Source of the DNA: the human T2T-CHM13v2.0 reference genome, Homo sapiens
Assembly: GCF_009914755.1 (NCBI RefSeq)
Contig: NC_060938.1
Length of the DNA stretch: 64,000 nucleotides
Reading direction: 5' to 3' (one strand)
The number at the start of each line of letters is the position of its first letter. The first letter of the stretch is position 1. The notes under the pieces are model-generated. The model saw nothing but the letters and a program-made list of their open reading frames with translations, searched no databases and was not told the origin of the DNA. Below, one piece after another: positions 1-19,526 of the stretch. A program made the position numbers and the translations under genes.

Positions 1-151
1 GCCCCTGTGACTCGGCGTTCTCACTGCAATCCCCAGCCTCCCTCGCCGGCCCCCACCGTCCCTGGACTCAAAGATGTTCTCTGAGCGAGTCTGTGGGGCG
101 CTCTGGGTGTGAATGTCGGAGGCTGCGATCGACATGCCACTCCCTACTCAC

Positions 152-171
152 CATAACTTGACGCACGACAT
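152..171 (-). CDS. RIPK3: RIPK3 first coding exon (MSCVKL-W split); the gene continues off the left edge
   Basis: Minus strand reads ATG TCG TGC GTC AAG TTA TG|GTGAGT, matching the RIPK3 N-terminus MSCVKLW followed by a consensus donor; synteny with NFATC4 and NYNRIN fits. Confidence 0.95.
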
Positions 172-329
172 CAGGCTGGAAGGTGCCAGGGGGCCTCTGG
201 AAATTGCGAGCCGTAGGAGATGGAGTGACTTCTGGGGCTTGGTCCTTTCGCAGAGAGGGGAAGGGGTCTGTCTGTGCAGGGGTCAGTCTCTAGACCAAGA
301 CGGTGAGTCTACTTTCCGGGTTGCTACCC

Positions 330-405
330 CTTTTCCGAGTTGACTGAACAACTTCCCTTATAGGCGCCTCTACAGTCCCGCCCCTGGGGTGGGGCAGGGG
401 GCAGA
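330..405 (-). promoter_or_regulatory. RIPK3: RIPK3 core promoter (TATA-like TATAAG 362-357, ETS GGAAGT 356-351, GC box 384-377)
   Basis: Motifs read on the minus strand about 180-210 nt upstream of the ATG; CpG-enriched surroundings. Confidence 0.6.
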
Positions 406-689
406 GCGAAAGCTAGTGCCTTTCTCCTTGACTAGCGTTTCCTGAGCACCTGCCGCAGCCAGATTAGGTGTTGCTGGGCATTGAGGATGTTAGGGAAGGA
501 GTCCTCACCTTCCAGGAACCCACAATCAACCCACTCCTACAGTCAAAGCCTTCTCTTTTCCCACAGGATTTCCTGCTCCACGACCTGCCAGGCCATGAGT
601 GGAGATGGTGCTTAGGAGGGTTTTATGGTTCTAGGGCTCAGCTCTCTCACAGCTGCCCTAAGATCATAGCCAACACGTATATAAAACTT

Positions 690-830
690 ATCATGCACCA
701 GGTATATATATTAGCTTATTTAATTCTCACACGAACCCTAAGGGGATAGGTACTGCTTTTATTACCTTTCTATAGGTGAGGAAACTGAGACACTGAGAGT
801 TTAAGTACCTTGCCTAAGCCCATATGGAAA
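690..830. mobile_element. MIR SINE fragment
   Basis: MIR core 'ataggtgaggaaactgagacactgagagtttaagtaccttgcctaag'. Confidence 0.7.
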
Positions 831-2342
831 TAATGGCTCTGAACCATCAAGTTATCCTGTTTTCACATAGGCTTCAGGGCTGTACCACTCAGCTGGTCGT
901 GCAGGTGGCTGGGAAAGGTGTGAAGCATCCAACGATGTAGTGAAGGATCCCTATCTGTATTCCTGCCCAGTCCCTATAGCTGCTCTTGAGAGGCAAGTCT
1001 TTGGCATTGATAGGGACTTATATGCCCTTTGAACAGGAGCTCCTGGAGGTGGCAGGCCCCAAGCCCACTCCCAGGGCATTGTGGTAAGGCTAGATATATC
1101 AGCCCATCCAGAGGGTTGGTGACATTGTGGTGTACACTACAGTGGAAACACCTCAGAGCTTTCCTGCCCTCTCCCTTGCATGACAACTCTTGCATGCAAA
1201 TACCCTAATTAATGTTCCTGACAAGCACATGCTCTGGACACAGTCTTTTGATAACCCAGAAGCATGGAGAGTCTTAAAGATTTAGGGCAGAAAAAAGGTG
1301 TCCATATTTTACCTTTCTGAGGTCTGACCATGACTGGAGGTTGTGGGAACCCGATAGGGCCTGCCCTAGGCACTCAATCCTTCACAGGGATACTCAATCC
1401 TGTGGGTTGTGCCTTGGCTCTCACTAAAGGTGCTCACCTTGGTACTTGCTTTCCATTTTGTTCAGTGGTCCATGGGCTCTGCTGGTTGAGGCAGAAGTGA
1501 TCTGTAGTTTTTTCTAAAACAACTCTTGGAGAGCCACACCATGGCTTCTAGCAGGGTCAGTTCATGCTATTTTGGAGCTATTTAGGGAATTGTTCAACCG
1601 TAGTCTCCTTAAAAGCCAATACATGGCAGATACCCAATAAATATTTGTTGAATTGAATGAATAAATGAACAACCCAAAATATCGAGCCTTTCTTAAGGCA
1701 CTGATCATCCTAGATGGAGCTCCATACTCAGTAGGAGGAAAGAGGTGATTGGGTTCCTGTAGGGACTGAGGGCTCTCACCTGCACAGTTCATGAAATCCA
1801 TCTGAAGTAGGCTTTAGTATAGAGATATGGTGGTATCACACAGAATCCAAGAAGGCAAGAAGTGTAGCAGGTCCTCAGAAAAGCCTAGAGTCAGAAGCTG
1901 AGAGCCATCAAAAGGGGCAGCCACTCCCTTTGTGATTCTTTTTAGAGAGAATAACCCAGGCTCAGTATCTCCACTTGAAGGGAACAGGCAGAAAGGATTT
2001 GGAAAGGTGTTATAACTGGGTTTCTTCAGATTGTGACGAGACCCTGAGAATGAGGGATAAACCACTGTGAAGCACAAAGTTGGGTGTGGTATCAGGGCCT
2101 ATACTACTTTTTGACTCAAAATAAACAGCCTCTTTAAAAGAAGGAAGAGCAGGGAGAAGAACCTTAGACTAAGTGCCTAACAGGACCCTCAGCTTCCAGC
2201 AAGGGGGTATGGGGGTGGACCTAGGCAGAGGCTGATTCTTGGAATTCTGAGCTCTGGTCTTTTCTGAGGACTGATGCCTCTGACCACAGATGTCCCATGC
2301 TTTTGGAGCCTACTTGGGTATTTCTTTTTTTAAATTAAATGA

Positions 2343-2801
<459 letters not shown>

Positions 2802-3049
2802 TTACTTGGATATTTCTTATTCCTTCAGTTCCCTGCTCCTGATTGTCTCTAATTACATTCAGTTCATCTCTCCTGTGAGCTCTGGTTCCCTCTCCCTAAT
2901 TGTTGTAGGGGTAGCGGGTTGTGGGGGATCTATGTGGTCTCCTTGCATATTCTAGTCTTAATTCTTATCCGTTGTTTGATTAAGAGATTCTAATTACAGA
3001 CCAAATGGTATTAATTGAGGTGACAGTCCCGGCCAGGACTAATTTTTTA

Positions 3050-3935
<886 letters not shown>

Positions 3936-4181
3936 AAGGATCTGCTAAAAATATGATTCTAGTATTAGAAAGGGACATATGAAAATTTATATTAATAAAC
4001 ATTTAGCTGTTTGATTTAACATCAGATTTCACCGCGAAGAAAGAATGTATGTATGTATATGTATATATGCTTAGAAAAATATATGAATGGACAAATAGAA
4101 AAATGTTTAAAGGAATTATTCCTGGCTGATGGGCTTATAGGTGATTTTTATGTTCTTATATTTTATATTCATATCTTTTTC

Positions 4182-4209
4182 TTAGTGTGTGTGCTGCTGA
4201 GGTGAGTAC
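4182..4209 (-). pseudogene. 3'-truncated U6 snRNA retrocopy (first ~28 nt)
   Basis: Reverse complement gtactcacctcagcagcacacacactaa vs U6 5' end gtgctcgcttcggcagcacatatactaa: 22/28, all differences transitions; A-rich tail; degenerate flanking repeat. Confidence 0.6.
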
Positions 4210-4723
4210 TTATAGTCTTATTTTTATCTGCATTTTCTAATTTTCCTGAAATGAGTTCATGAAATGAGTGTAGTAATTCTACAGTTCAGCTTCCTCTTTG
4301 TCTCCAAGACATGCCCAGAGATGTAGCAGCTTCCCTCTCCCACCTGCCACTACCCTAGCCCGTCAGTCTATTATTTGCTGCTCCCTCCTGATTTCTTGTA
4401 ATTGTAAGTAGCCTGCTGGTCACTTTGGTATTTAATGGATGTTATTAGGTCTTGGAGTTTCAATATGGTAAGATTTTGACAGACATAACGTGATAGAGGT
4501 GATTCCACTCAGAGAGCATGTTCTGAGTCAAGGGTAAAGTCTACAGTGTGAACTTTCATGAGTCCAACTGCCAGACTGGCTGAGTGGCCTTTCCCTCCCC
4601 GCCCCCACCAGCAACAATGATAACAACTGGTCTTTTCCACATGTGATGGTTCACAAAGCACTTTCACAGTAAATCCTCACAATCAAGGGAGGTTGGACTT
4701 ACTGTCTAAGGTTTACAGAATAA

Positions 4724-5094
<371 letters not shown>

Positions 5095-5840
5095 AATAAG
5101 AAACCTCTTTTTACTGTGGCAGTGCGGATTCCCGTCTGCCCCCTTCCTTCCACCCCCTGCCGACTCAGGGATGCTCCAGCTCATGGGGGAACCCTTATCC
5201 CAGCTACTGAAAACAAACCCTCCACACATGGGGAAAGGTTGCAACTATGTGCAAAAGAACTGTCACTTTTGGGGACTGAGCTATACTCAACTCAGGAAAG
5301 TCACCAAACAAACCCCAGGTTTGAGAGAGAAGAGTAATGGGGAGAACTTTCCACTTGGATAGGGACTCCATTCACTGTGGCACCCGCCTCTCCCTATCCT
5401 TGGGATGCTTTCTTTTGGGGAGCCTCCTCCAGGGCCCAAGTATTGCTCTTCTCCTTTAGGATTCCAAGCAGGTCTGAAGCCCCCTTTTACTTGCTTTTCC
5501 TTAGGAGAGCTGAGGGGCTGATGCTTTCACAAAGAACCACATACCTTTAGCTCTCCTATCCCACCTGCGCTCACCGTCCTAGCAAAATGGAATCCTTGTG
5601 CTTAATCTGTTTCCTCACACCGCATTTTGGATCTGCGTCCCAGAGCGTCTCTTTGGCAGAACTTAACGTACTTGTCTGTACCCTCAAGGAAGGGAGGCTG
5701 GGCAGGGTAACTATTTTGATTCTACATTACCATGGTGGGACCAAAAAGATTTTGGGCAGCTATAAGTTAAGCGTCCACACACATATAACCGTAATGCCCC
5801 TTCTGTCAGTGTGAGTCCTTCTCTCTTTCTTACTGTCTAG

Positions 5841-6236
<396 letters not shown>

Positions 6237-6454
6237 TAGCCTAACGGTCAAGGGTATAAGCTCTGGAGTCAGTCTACCTGGGGTTGATTTCTGCTCTGTC
6301 AATTACTGGCTGTTTGACCTTTAGCAAGTTACTCAACCTCTCTGAATTTTGGTTAATTATAGCACCTACTGGATTGAGTTGTTCTGAGGGTGAAATGAAA
6401 TGAGGATGAAAGAACATAGCAAGGCTCAGCATGATAATAGGTTAGACCACAGGA

Positions 6455-6896
<442 letters not shown>

Positions 6897-8144
6897 TCAC
6901 AATTTATTTGTAGAGCAGAGAAAATGGATTTAACTACTGTTCAATGAAATAGCTCCCTCTTCCTTCTCCTGAAAATTTCCAGCCCCACCCCTCCGTCCTA
7001 GGGCCTTTTTAACAACTCAGCCCTCAGGTCTCTCTCTTCTCTCCCAGACAACTGTTCTGAGGGAGTGACTGAGGAAGGCAGTGTGTCCCTCCCTGCCTGT
7101 GGTCTTGAGGAGAGAGGGCTTTAACCGAGGGTCTCTGGTTTCTCTGCTGAGAAGTATTGGATGTCTGTTGCCTGGTGCAAAGGTGCTCAACAAGGTTAAG
7201 AGGGTTATGTTGTTGGCGCAAGGATGGGCTTTGGGCCTGAGGCAGCCACTTGGGGTGCATTGGGCTGTGTGTCCTCAGGTTGCCTCTGATTTGAGCTGCA
7301 TCTGTGGTGAGCCATCCCTTAACCCTGCCAGGATCCCATCCAAGAGGACTTGTCTCTGCCTTTCTCCCTCAGCTGAGAGAAGTGTGGGAGAGGAGAGTAG
7401 CATCAGTGCTCTGAGGGCAACCCTTAACCAATGGAGGGAACCAGCCAGTGCCCAGCCTCCTGTCCTTTCTGAGGTGTGTTCTGCAGTTCCTGAGGATCTG
7501 CTCTGAGCTCCACCTCAGTAGCTAGCTCAAAATGCACCTTTGTATTGGCATTTTCTCCTTCCCTGACTCACGTTTTCTGCTCCCTCCCTTCTGATTCCTG
7601 GGGTCACCCTTCCAGGAAATCTCAAGTCCAGGTCTCAGGGGCACTGTTTTCAGGGAACACAACCCAAGACACACCCTTTGGCCTGTTTCCTTTTCATTGT
7701 TTCTCCCCTGAATGTCTTTGTAGCTAGGATCCTGATCTGAAACAAAAGAGGAAAGGAAGGGAAAGGAGGGGAACAGAAAGGAATCTAACCTTCTCAGAGA
7801 TGGGGCCTGATATATACACACTGGAGCCTAGGATGTGCTAGGGACTCTCTCCCACCTGTCATGTCATTCTAAGTTTAGCAACAAACCTGTGAGGCAGAAT
7901 ATCATTAGCCCCATTCAACGGATGAGAAATGGAAAAGGCCATGAGAGTAGCCAGCCTAAGGTCACACGATGACTTTGTGGCAGAGTGGGGTTTTAAACCC
8001 TTATCTATGCTCTTTTTAGCTACTTTCCTTTTTGGGCAAAGTCCTTTGACAGAATCAGAAACAAGAACTTTGAATCAAGTAAGACTATTTTTTTTTATTA
8101 AATATTTTAACAGGAGTCTTTCTCATGCCCCCATGATTCGATTA

Positions 8145-9470
<1,326 letters not shown>

Positions 9471-9528
9471 ATGATTAAAAAAATAGACCTATTCATTTTT
9501 AAAGGTTCAGATATTCCTGCTTATGGGT

Positions 9529-9557
<29 letters not shown>
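9529..9557. repeat. (TG)14 microsatellite
   Basis: Read directly. Confidence 0.95.
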
Positions 9558-9563
<6 letters not shown>

Positions 9564-10504
9564 TGGATTTACTTTAATTTTTAAGAAAGTTCATTTTGAA
9601 AGTGTAAGACTGACTCACCTTTGATAAGGGAACTACCAACAGGGAATTTGTGTAACTTAGACCAGGTTTTGGATGGAAGAAAGTGCCCTCCACAAACAGC
9701 TGTGGTGTGGAGGTAAAGAGGTGCCCCAAATGAGCAGTAAGGGTACATAAATGACCACTGTTCTCATTTGAATACATGCCTTCTCAAGTTCTTCTGTGCC
9801 AGGAACTCTGGCTTAAAAGGTTTTGCTTTGTTTTAATATCAGAAGCTGTGGAATGGTCTTGAGCTACATTGCAACATGATTAGATCTGTGACTTAGGAGG
9901 CTCAAGCCAGTGGCTACATGGTGCATGAAATGAGATGGGGAGAACTGGAGGCAGGGAAAACTGCAGGCCACAGTTAGAGCAATTCAAGTGAGAGGTGATG
10001 AGGACCTGAACCAAGTTAATGCCTGCAGGGATGGAGAGGAAGAAACTCAGTCTAGAAATAACTCTGAGGTATTAGTAGAAGAACCTGGGGATGAGAGGGA
10101 AGGAATATTCAAAGTTTCTATTCTGGAAAGTTGAGAGAATAGTAATGCCATGACACTGAGGTATGGAACATAGAAGAGAAACATTATGTGGGAATGGGCT
10201 ATATTTGGATGTGGACATGTTTGTGTGAGAGCCACGTGCTGCAGCCTCAAGGGATCCCTAGCAGGCAGGAGAAGACAGGAGACCGGAGCAGGGAAGTGGT
10301 GAGAGTTATGCTGAAATGAACGACACCAACCGAGAGAGTCTATGGAGGAAGAAGGGAAGAAGGCAGAGGACAGAAAACACTACATCTCCAAAGTCAGGCC
10401 AGCAGAAGAGAAACCAGTGAGAGAAACTGAGGTCAGAGAGGCCGGAGCAGAACCAGGATAGCCAAGGGAGGAGAGACTTATCAGACTCAGCTGCTACTGA
10501 GAAG

Positions 10505-10900
10505 GCGTCTAAGTTTGGGTTTCCCAAAAAGAAGAGCCTGAGCTTGGATTTAACAAAGGTAGTGTTTTGGGGAGGGGATCCCAAGAAGCAGCAGTGAGGG
10601 AACAGAGTGTGAACTAGGAAGGGAAGAAAGCCAATATGAGGATGTTTTGTTGAGATTGTTATTGTAGGCAGTGGAGGCTCCTTTCCAGTAGAGGCTCCAA
10701 ATTTAAAGAATGCCTCCCAGAATTGTCCACATGAAGGATGGGAGGCTGGAACATTCATCTGCCAGTGCCTGCACTCATTGGTTGAGGATTGCATCTGGAG
10801 GCACTAACTCCCTTGCACTTCTTGGCTGTGTTTGCATTGGAGCTGGAAAGGAGAGGAGTAGTGAGCAAGCTCCCATTGTGTGGGAGAAGGACCTTGTGAT
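10505..10900 (-). mobile_element. Ancient ERVL-class LTR fragment (LTR16-like) within L2 debris
   Basis: 'aagaagagcctgag...ggaggggatcccaagaagca...ggaagggaagaaagccaat' resembles an antisense LTR16 end. Confidence 0.55.
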
Positions 10901-10969
10901 GGTTACATTTTATGGGTCTGCTTGGAGGGTGTTTTTGGATGAGATTCAACATCTTAAAAAGTGAATTTT

Positions 10970-11413
<444 letters not shown>

Positions 11414-11489
11414 TGAAGAGGTTTAGTAGTGAAGGGAGGGAAAGAGATGGATGTTAGGTTAAGTATAAAGAACGATCAAGGGAATTATC

Positions 11490-11952
<463 letters not shown>

Positions 11953-12388
11953 TATCTCTCTTTTGCCAGCTGGCATAGTGTTAAGCGCTGTCAGTAGTGG
12001 GTGCTGGAGGAACACTGGAGCAGGAAGAAGTCCATCTTCCTGGTTTTGGTTTGCTCCTTTGCCTTACTCCTGCAGCGTGTGCAATTTCTTCAGTGTACAC
12101 TCAGGCAGTGCAAAGTGGTCAGCAGTGCCTAGCAGCCAAAAGCTTCCCCTGGCACATTTCTGGGTGACTTCTCAGCCTGTTGCAACTGCTAAGGCACCTC
12201 CCCATGAATAACTTGCTTTGGCATCTGCTTGGCCAATTTCACAGCTATTTCAGCCCTAGGAGTAGTGGGTTTTTCTTAAATTTGCTGTTCCTGTGTCCTT
12301 TGGAATTCTCATTTCTTCTTACTAGCTAATCCCTTAGTATGCCAACACCCTGTTGGAGTTAATGCTTCTTTATTTTATTTTTGCAAAT

Positions 12389-12489
12389 AAAAATATGAGA
12401 CACTCCATGAATTTGCATGTCATCCTTGTGCAGGGGCCATCCTATTCTTCTCTGTATCATTTTAGTATATGTGTTGCCAAAGTGAGCAC
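12389..12489 (-). pseudogene. Near full-length U6 snRNA processed pseudogene
   Basis: Reverse complement gtgctcactttggcaacacatatactaaaat------gatacagagaagaataggatggcccctgcacaaggatgacatgcaaattcatggagtgtctcatattttt aligns to U6 with a 6-nt deletion; A-rich tail; degenerate TSD. Confidence 0.93.
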
Positions 12490-12908
12490 AATACTTGTTT
12501 ATATTAAACGTTCCTGTTTCAAATGACTGTGTGGTTTCTGTGTCCTGATTAAACCCTGACCGATACAGCTTTAGTCCTAGAATATAGTTCTTCAGGGACG
12601 CTAACGATATCCTGTGGTGTTTAACAGGTCCTTCCTCCTTAACAGGTCCTAAATTCCCATTTTTGTTTTCTCAGGACTGTAGACTACTGAAAGTTCTTCT
12701 CAGCCTCCTACCTCTTAGGCACTATCTCCTGCTGAGTCTGGCTGCCTCTCACAAATCGATAAATATCCCCCATGGGACAGACCATGCAGAATGTTGGCCT
12801 CACCTCAACATGCTTTCCCTTTCTTCTGGGACGTTGGCCCTTCAAAGCCTCCTGCCTTGATGAATTTCCACTGTCTTCAAACATATTTAAAAAAATTTGT
12901 ACCCAGCT

Positions 12909-13127
12909 ATGCAAAGGCATACAGAGTGGTATAATGGATATTGGAGACTCAGATGTGGGAAGGGTGGGAGCGGGGCGAGGAATAAAAAGCTATATATTGG
13001 GTACGTTGTACACTATTTGGGTGACAGGTGCACTAAAATCTCAGACTTCACAATTATACAATTCATTCATGTAACCCAAAACCACTTGTACCCCAAAAGC
13101 TACTGAAATAAAAATTTTTTTAATAAC
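12909..13127 (+). mobile_element. Short 5'-truncated L1 3' end (L1PB4-like)
   Basis: 'aaaaccacttgtaccccaaaagcta' 3' terminus; perfect 11-bp TSD tgtacccagct at 12898-12908 and 13128-13138. Confidence 0.85.
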
Positions 13128-13569
13128 TGTACCCAGCTTTTGTAGTTGCTCTCAGAGGGTTGATCTGATGCAAATTAGTTGATCATGGTGAAGTCGGCTA
13201 GAGATAACTACAGATGGATAAAATGTTTGTGGAGCAGCAGCGAGGGTCCAGCCGAAGTTAGAAAGCAGTGATTTATTATGGAATCAATCATCATGATTGT
13301 GAAACTTTCTCCAGACCAGGAGGCAGAGAAATGCATGCTTGGCTTACCTCAGTTTGAGAAGTGATGGAAAGTTAAGGGCTGAGGAAATCTTGATTGCTTG
13401 TGAAAACACTTTTGAAATGGCTCACGTGGATCCCAGGTTGGACAGGGAGAGCACTAACGCTGGAATAGGGGGTTGTTAGTCTAGGAGAATAAAGTAATGG
13501 AAATCAGAATTGGTGAGGAGAGAGCAGGGCACAGAAACTCAAGGTTTGGGTCAAAAAGGGGAATTTCAA

Positions 13570-13863
13570 GGCTGGGCACAGTGGCTCTCGCCTGTAATCT
13601 CAGGACTTTGGGAGGCTGACGCGGGTGGATCATGAGGTCAGGAGTTCAAGACTAGCCTGGCCAAGATAGTGAAACCCTGTCTCTACTAAAAATACAAAAA
13701 TTAGCCAGGCGTGGTGGCACATGCCTGTAATCCCAGCTACTTGGGAGGCTGAGGCAGAGAATTGCTTGAACCCAGGAGGCGGAATTTGCAGTGAGCTGAG
13801 ATCACACCACTGCACTCCAGCCTCGGTGACAGAGCGAGACTCTATCTCAAAAAAAAAAAAAAA
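13570..13863 (+). mobile_element. AluS
   Basis: Alu consensus, poly(A) tail. Confidence 0.93.
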
Positions 13864-14507
13864 GTGTAATTTCAGAGTTTGGTAGTATGGAATGGAGCAT
13901 TCCTAAACCCTGGTAAGTGGACAGTATGTTGCGTATTTTAAATTATAGATGTAAGGGTCATTAGATCGAGGAACATAACCTGGAGTATTGGAATAGCCTT
14001 AGTCCCCAGGTGGCTGGTAGGGATGAGGTAGAGAGACACCCTGAGCCAGGGGCCAAAGTCCACCAGAGGAGTCCTTTAGGTTGTCAGGTGGCCATGACTC
14101 AGATAGGGACAGGGTGGCATGAGTGAATGAAATGAGTGGCACAACCTTCAGAGGAGTTTCTAAGTGAAAATGATCAAGAGTGATTCTGAAAGCTGCTATG
14201 AGGCCATGGAAAGGAAAACTCCACTTTCTTCTCTGTTATGTGAAAGGATGGCCTGTCTGTGCAAAGGTTATGAGAGAATGTCCAGGTCTCAGGTAAGGTG
14301 AGAGGGAGGAAGTTTTGACTGAAAGATTTGGAGAAACAAGAAGTTACACCAATAGAACAGGGATCCGCAAGGTAGAAGGGGCAAGGTAAGAGGTTGAGAT
14401 TGTTCCTGGGGAGAAGCAGGGATGGAGGAGAGAAGACAGCAGGCTGCATGATGGCGAATCATGCGGGAGAAGGAAGTATGTTAATATGAGCTAGAAGGGA
14501 GGAATAG

Positions 14508-14606
14508 CCTCCCTCCCTCCCTCTCCCCCTCCCTCCCTCCCTCCCTCCCTTCCTTCCTTCCTTCCCTCCTTCCTTTCTTCCTTCCTTCCTCCTTCCCTCC
14601 TCCCTC
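14508..14606. repeat. (CCCT)n/(CCTT)n polypyrimidine tract
   Basis: Read directly. Confidence 0.9.
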
Positions 14607-14850
14607 ATTCAGCAAATATTTATTAACCACATGGAAAGCACAAGGCACTCTGTTATGCAATAGGGAAAGACACAGATGAATCAGAAATAGATTCTGCCCT
14701 TAGTTTACATTCTGAGAAGTGACATGATTTTGTTTTAAAGACATAACCTCTTTTGCTTGTTTAGTTTGTAAGTTTCCTTTCTATCTATTAGTTCATATGA
14801 TGTGAATCTCTGTGGGAATCTACCTTTCTTTAAGGAAGCCACACTAATTA

Positions 14851-15550
<700 letters not shown>

Positions 15551-16025
15551 GCAGGAAGAGGAAATGTAAGGGAAGGAGGTAACACTTTATTCATTGGACA
15601 CTCAAGCAGAAAACGGAACGAAAGACACCACCCTCATGTCGGCCATTGGACAGGTTGGTAACTGGTAGTTTGCTTCTGTTTTTGTTTTCTTCTACCTTGT
15701 CTTTGACCAGCCCCTTAGCTGGCTGCTGTGTTTTGTTGCTGCTATACTTAGCAGGGTGGCCTACCTTCATTCTGGAGGGTTTTGAGCACTTGACAGTCCT
15801 TCCTATGTAGGCTTGTAGCAATCTTCTGCTAACCCTCAGCAGTGGGCATGGTGGGAAGCACTTAGAGGAGTGCCTGGAGTTTCAGGCATACCCTTTTGGG
15901 CTCTACTGCTTAGTAGTAACCTTTTTTCCCCATGATGGTTGGGGTCAATCACAGTAGACCTAAACAATACTGTGACATATTTTTGTTTTTCTTGTTTTGC
16001 CAGTTACTTAATTATTTAATTAAAT

Positions 16026-16412
<387 letters not shown>

Positions 16413-16506
16413 TGAATTGTAAAATCTCTAGAGAGTCATAGGGATTCGAAGCAAAACTGTGGAGATTGGGTCGGTGACAGCATTTGTAGAGATGAGACCA
16501 CCCCTT

Positions 16507-17600
16507 GTGTATTCCTTTCCTATTGCTGCTGTAACAAATAACCATAAACTTAGTGGCTTAAAACAACACAAATGTATTATCTTACAGTTCTGTAGGACAG
16601 AAGTTCAACACTGGCCTCACTGGGCTAAAATCAGGCATTGACAGGGCTGTGGTCCTTCCGGAGGCTTTAGGAGAGAATCTGTTTCCTTGCCTTTCCAGCT
16701 CTTAGAAGCCACCCACATTCCTTGACTCATGGCCTCTTCCTAGATTTTCAAAGCCAGCAACTCTGCATCTCTCTGTGACTTTTTTTTCCCACAGACACAG
16801 CTCTGCCTGACTGTCTTCTGTTGCCTCCCATTCCACTATCTTTTTTTTTTTTTTTCGGAGATGGAGTCTCCAGCCTGGAGTGCAAGTGGCACGATCTCTG
16901 CTCACTGCAGCTTCTGCCTCCCGGGTTCAAGTGATTATCTGGCCTCAGACTCCCAAGTAGCTGGGACTACAGGCACGCATCACTACGCCTGGCTAATTTT
17001 TGTATTTTGGGTAGAGATGGGGTTTCACTGTTTGCCAGGCTGGTCTTGGTCTCCTGACCTCAAATGATTCACCTGCCTTGGCCTCCCAAAGGGCTGGGAT
17101 TACAGGTGTGAGCCACCGCCCCCAGCCTATATATATATATAAATATACACACATATATATATACACACACACATATATATACATACATATATATACATAT
17201 ATACACATATATACACACATATATATACATATATACATATATACATATATATACATATATACATATATACATATATACATATATATATATATTTTTTTTT
17301 TTAAGAGATGAGGTCTTGCTATGTTGACTGGGCTGGTCTTGAACTCCTGACCCCAAGCAATCCTCCTGCCCTGACCTCCTGAGTAGCTGGGATTATAGAC
17401 ATGAGCACTCAGTTTCCCCTTGTACTTTTTAGGACACTTGTGATTATATTAGGCCCATCCAGATAACTCAAGATAATCCCCCATCTCAAGGCCCTTAACT
17501 TAATCACATTTACAAAGTTCCTTTTGCCATGTAAGATAACATATTTATAGGTTTTTGGGAACTAAAATGGGAATATCTAATAATTGGGGGTTGGGGGTGG
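16507..17600 (-). mobile_element. MLT1 (MaLR) LTR interrupted by an AluS (16841-17127), a microsatellite and a FLAM (17293-17408)
   Basis: 'ttcctattgctgctgtaacaaataaccataaacttagtggcttaaaacaac' and 'cttaacttaatcacatttacaaagttccttttgccatgtaagataacat'. Confidence 0.85.
17128..17292. repeat. (TA)n/(TACA)n microsatellite at the tail of the FLAM
   Basis: Read directly. Confidence 0.92.
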
Positions 17601-17799
17601 GCCATTATTCTGTCTGCCAAATCTTATTTCTTACAACCACGTATTCTGGTATTGGTTAAACAATCATATATATTAGTCACTAGATGAAAGTACAATGCAC
17701 ATTTAACCTCAGTATAGTATCTCACTGATGGTAAATTAAATGATTACTTAATTTTGCCACTCTATAGATAGGACTGTATGCACCAAAACCTCAGAGGAT

Positions 17800-18487
<688 letters not shown>

Positions 18488-18750
18488 GGCTGGGCATGGT
18501 GGCTCATGCCTGTAATCCCAGCACTTTGGGAGGCCCAGGGGGGTGGATCATGAGTTCAAGACCAGCCTGGACAAGAGGTGAAAACCTGTCTCTCCTAAAA
18601 ATACAAAAACTTAGCCGGGCATGGTGGCGGGCGCCTTTAATCCCAGCTACTTGGGAGGCTGAGGCAGAGAATGTCTTGAACCTGGGAGGCAGATGTTACA
18701 GTGAGCTGAGATCGCGCCACTGCACTCCAGCCTGGGTGACAGAGCGAGAC
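18488..18750 (+). mobile_element. AluS with short internal deletion, tail missing
   Basis: Alu consensus. Confidence 0.88.
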
Positions 18751-19140
18751 AATAAATATAGTCCCTGTTGAAACAATTTTCACTGTTTTCTTCTTGCAGA
18801 GGAGAGAGCGAAATCTACTTTGCTATTATAGCTCAATTCCTTAGGCTCATCCTCTGACTAGGATAAACCAGAAGGTGGGAAGCAAAAACATCAAAATAAA
18901 CAGGAATGATGCCCAGAAGGAGCCATGGGAACTTTCTAAGGCAAAATCTGGAGAATTCTATGTGACCATGAACATGAATGTTACGTGGTCATGAATTTAA
19001 TTGGATCATGGATTTTATCCAAAAAGACAGAACATAATTTTAGAGTGGACCAAATTAATTGCACTAATGGTCTACAATGTATATTTCAAGTGCTTGGCCC
19101 ACAACAAAGCTCAACATCTGCCCTTTTAAAAGTTTCAATG

Positions 19141-19526
<386 letters not shown>

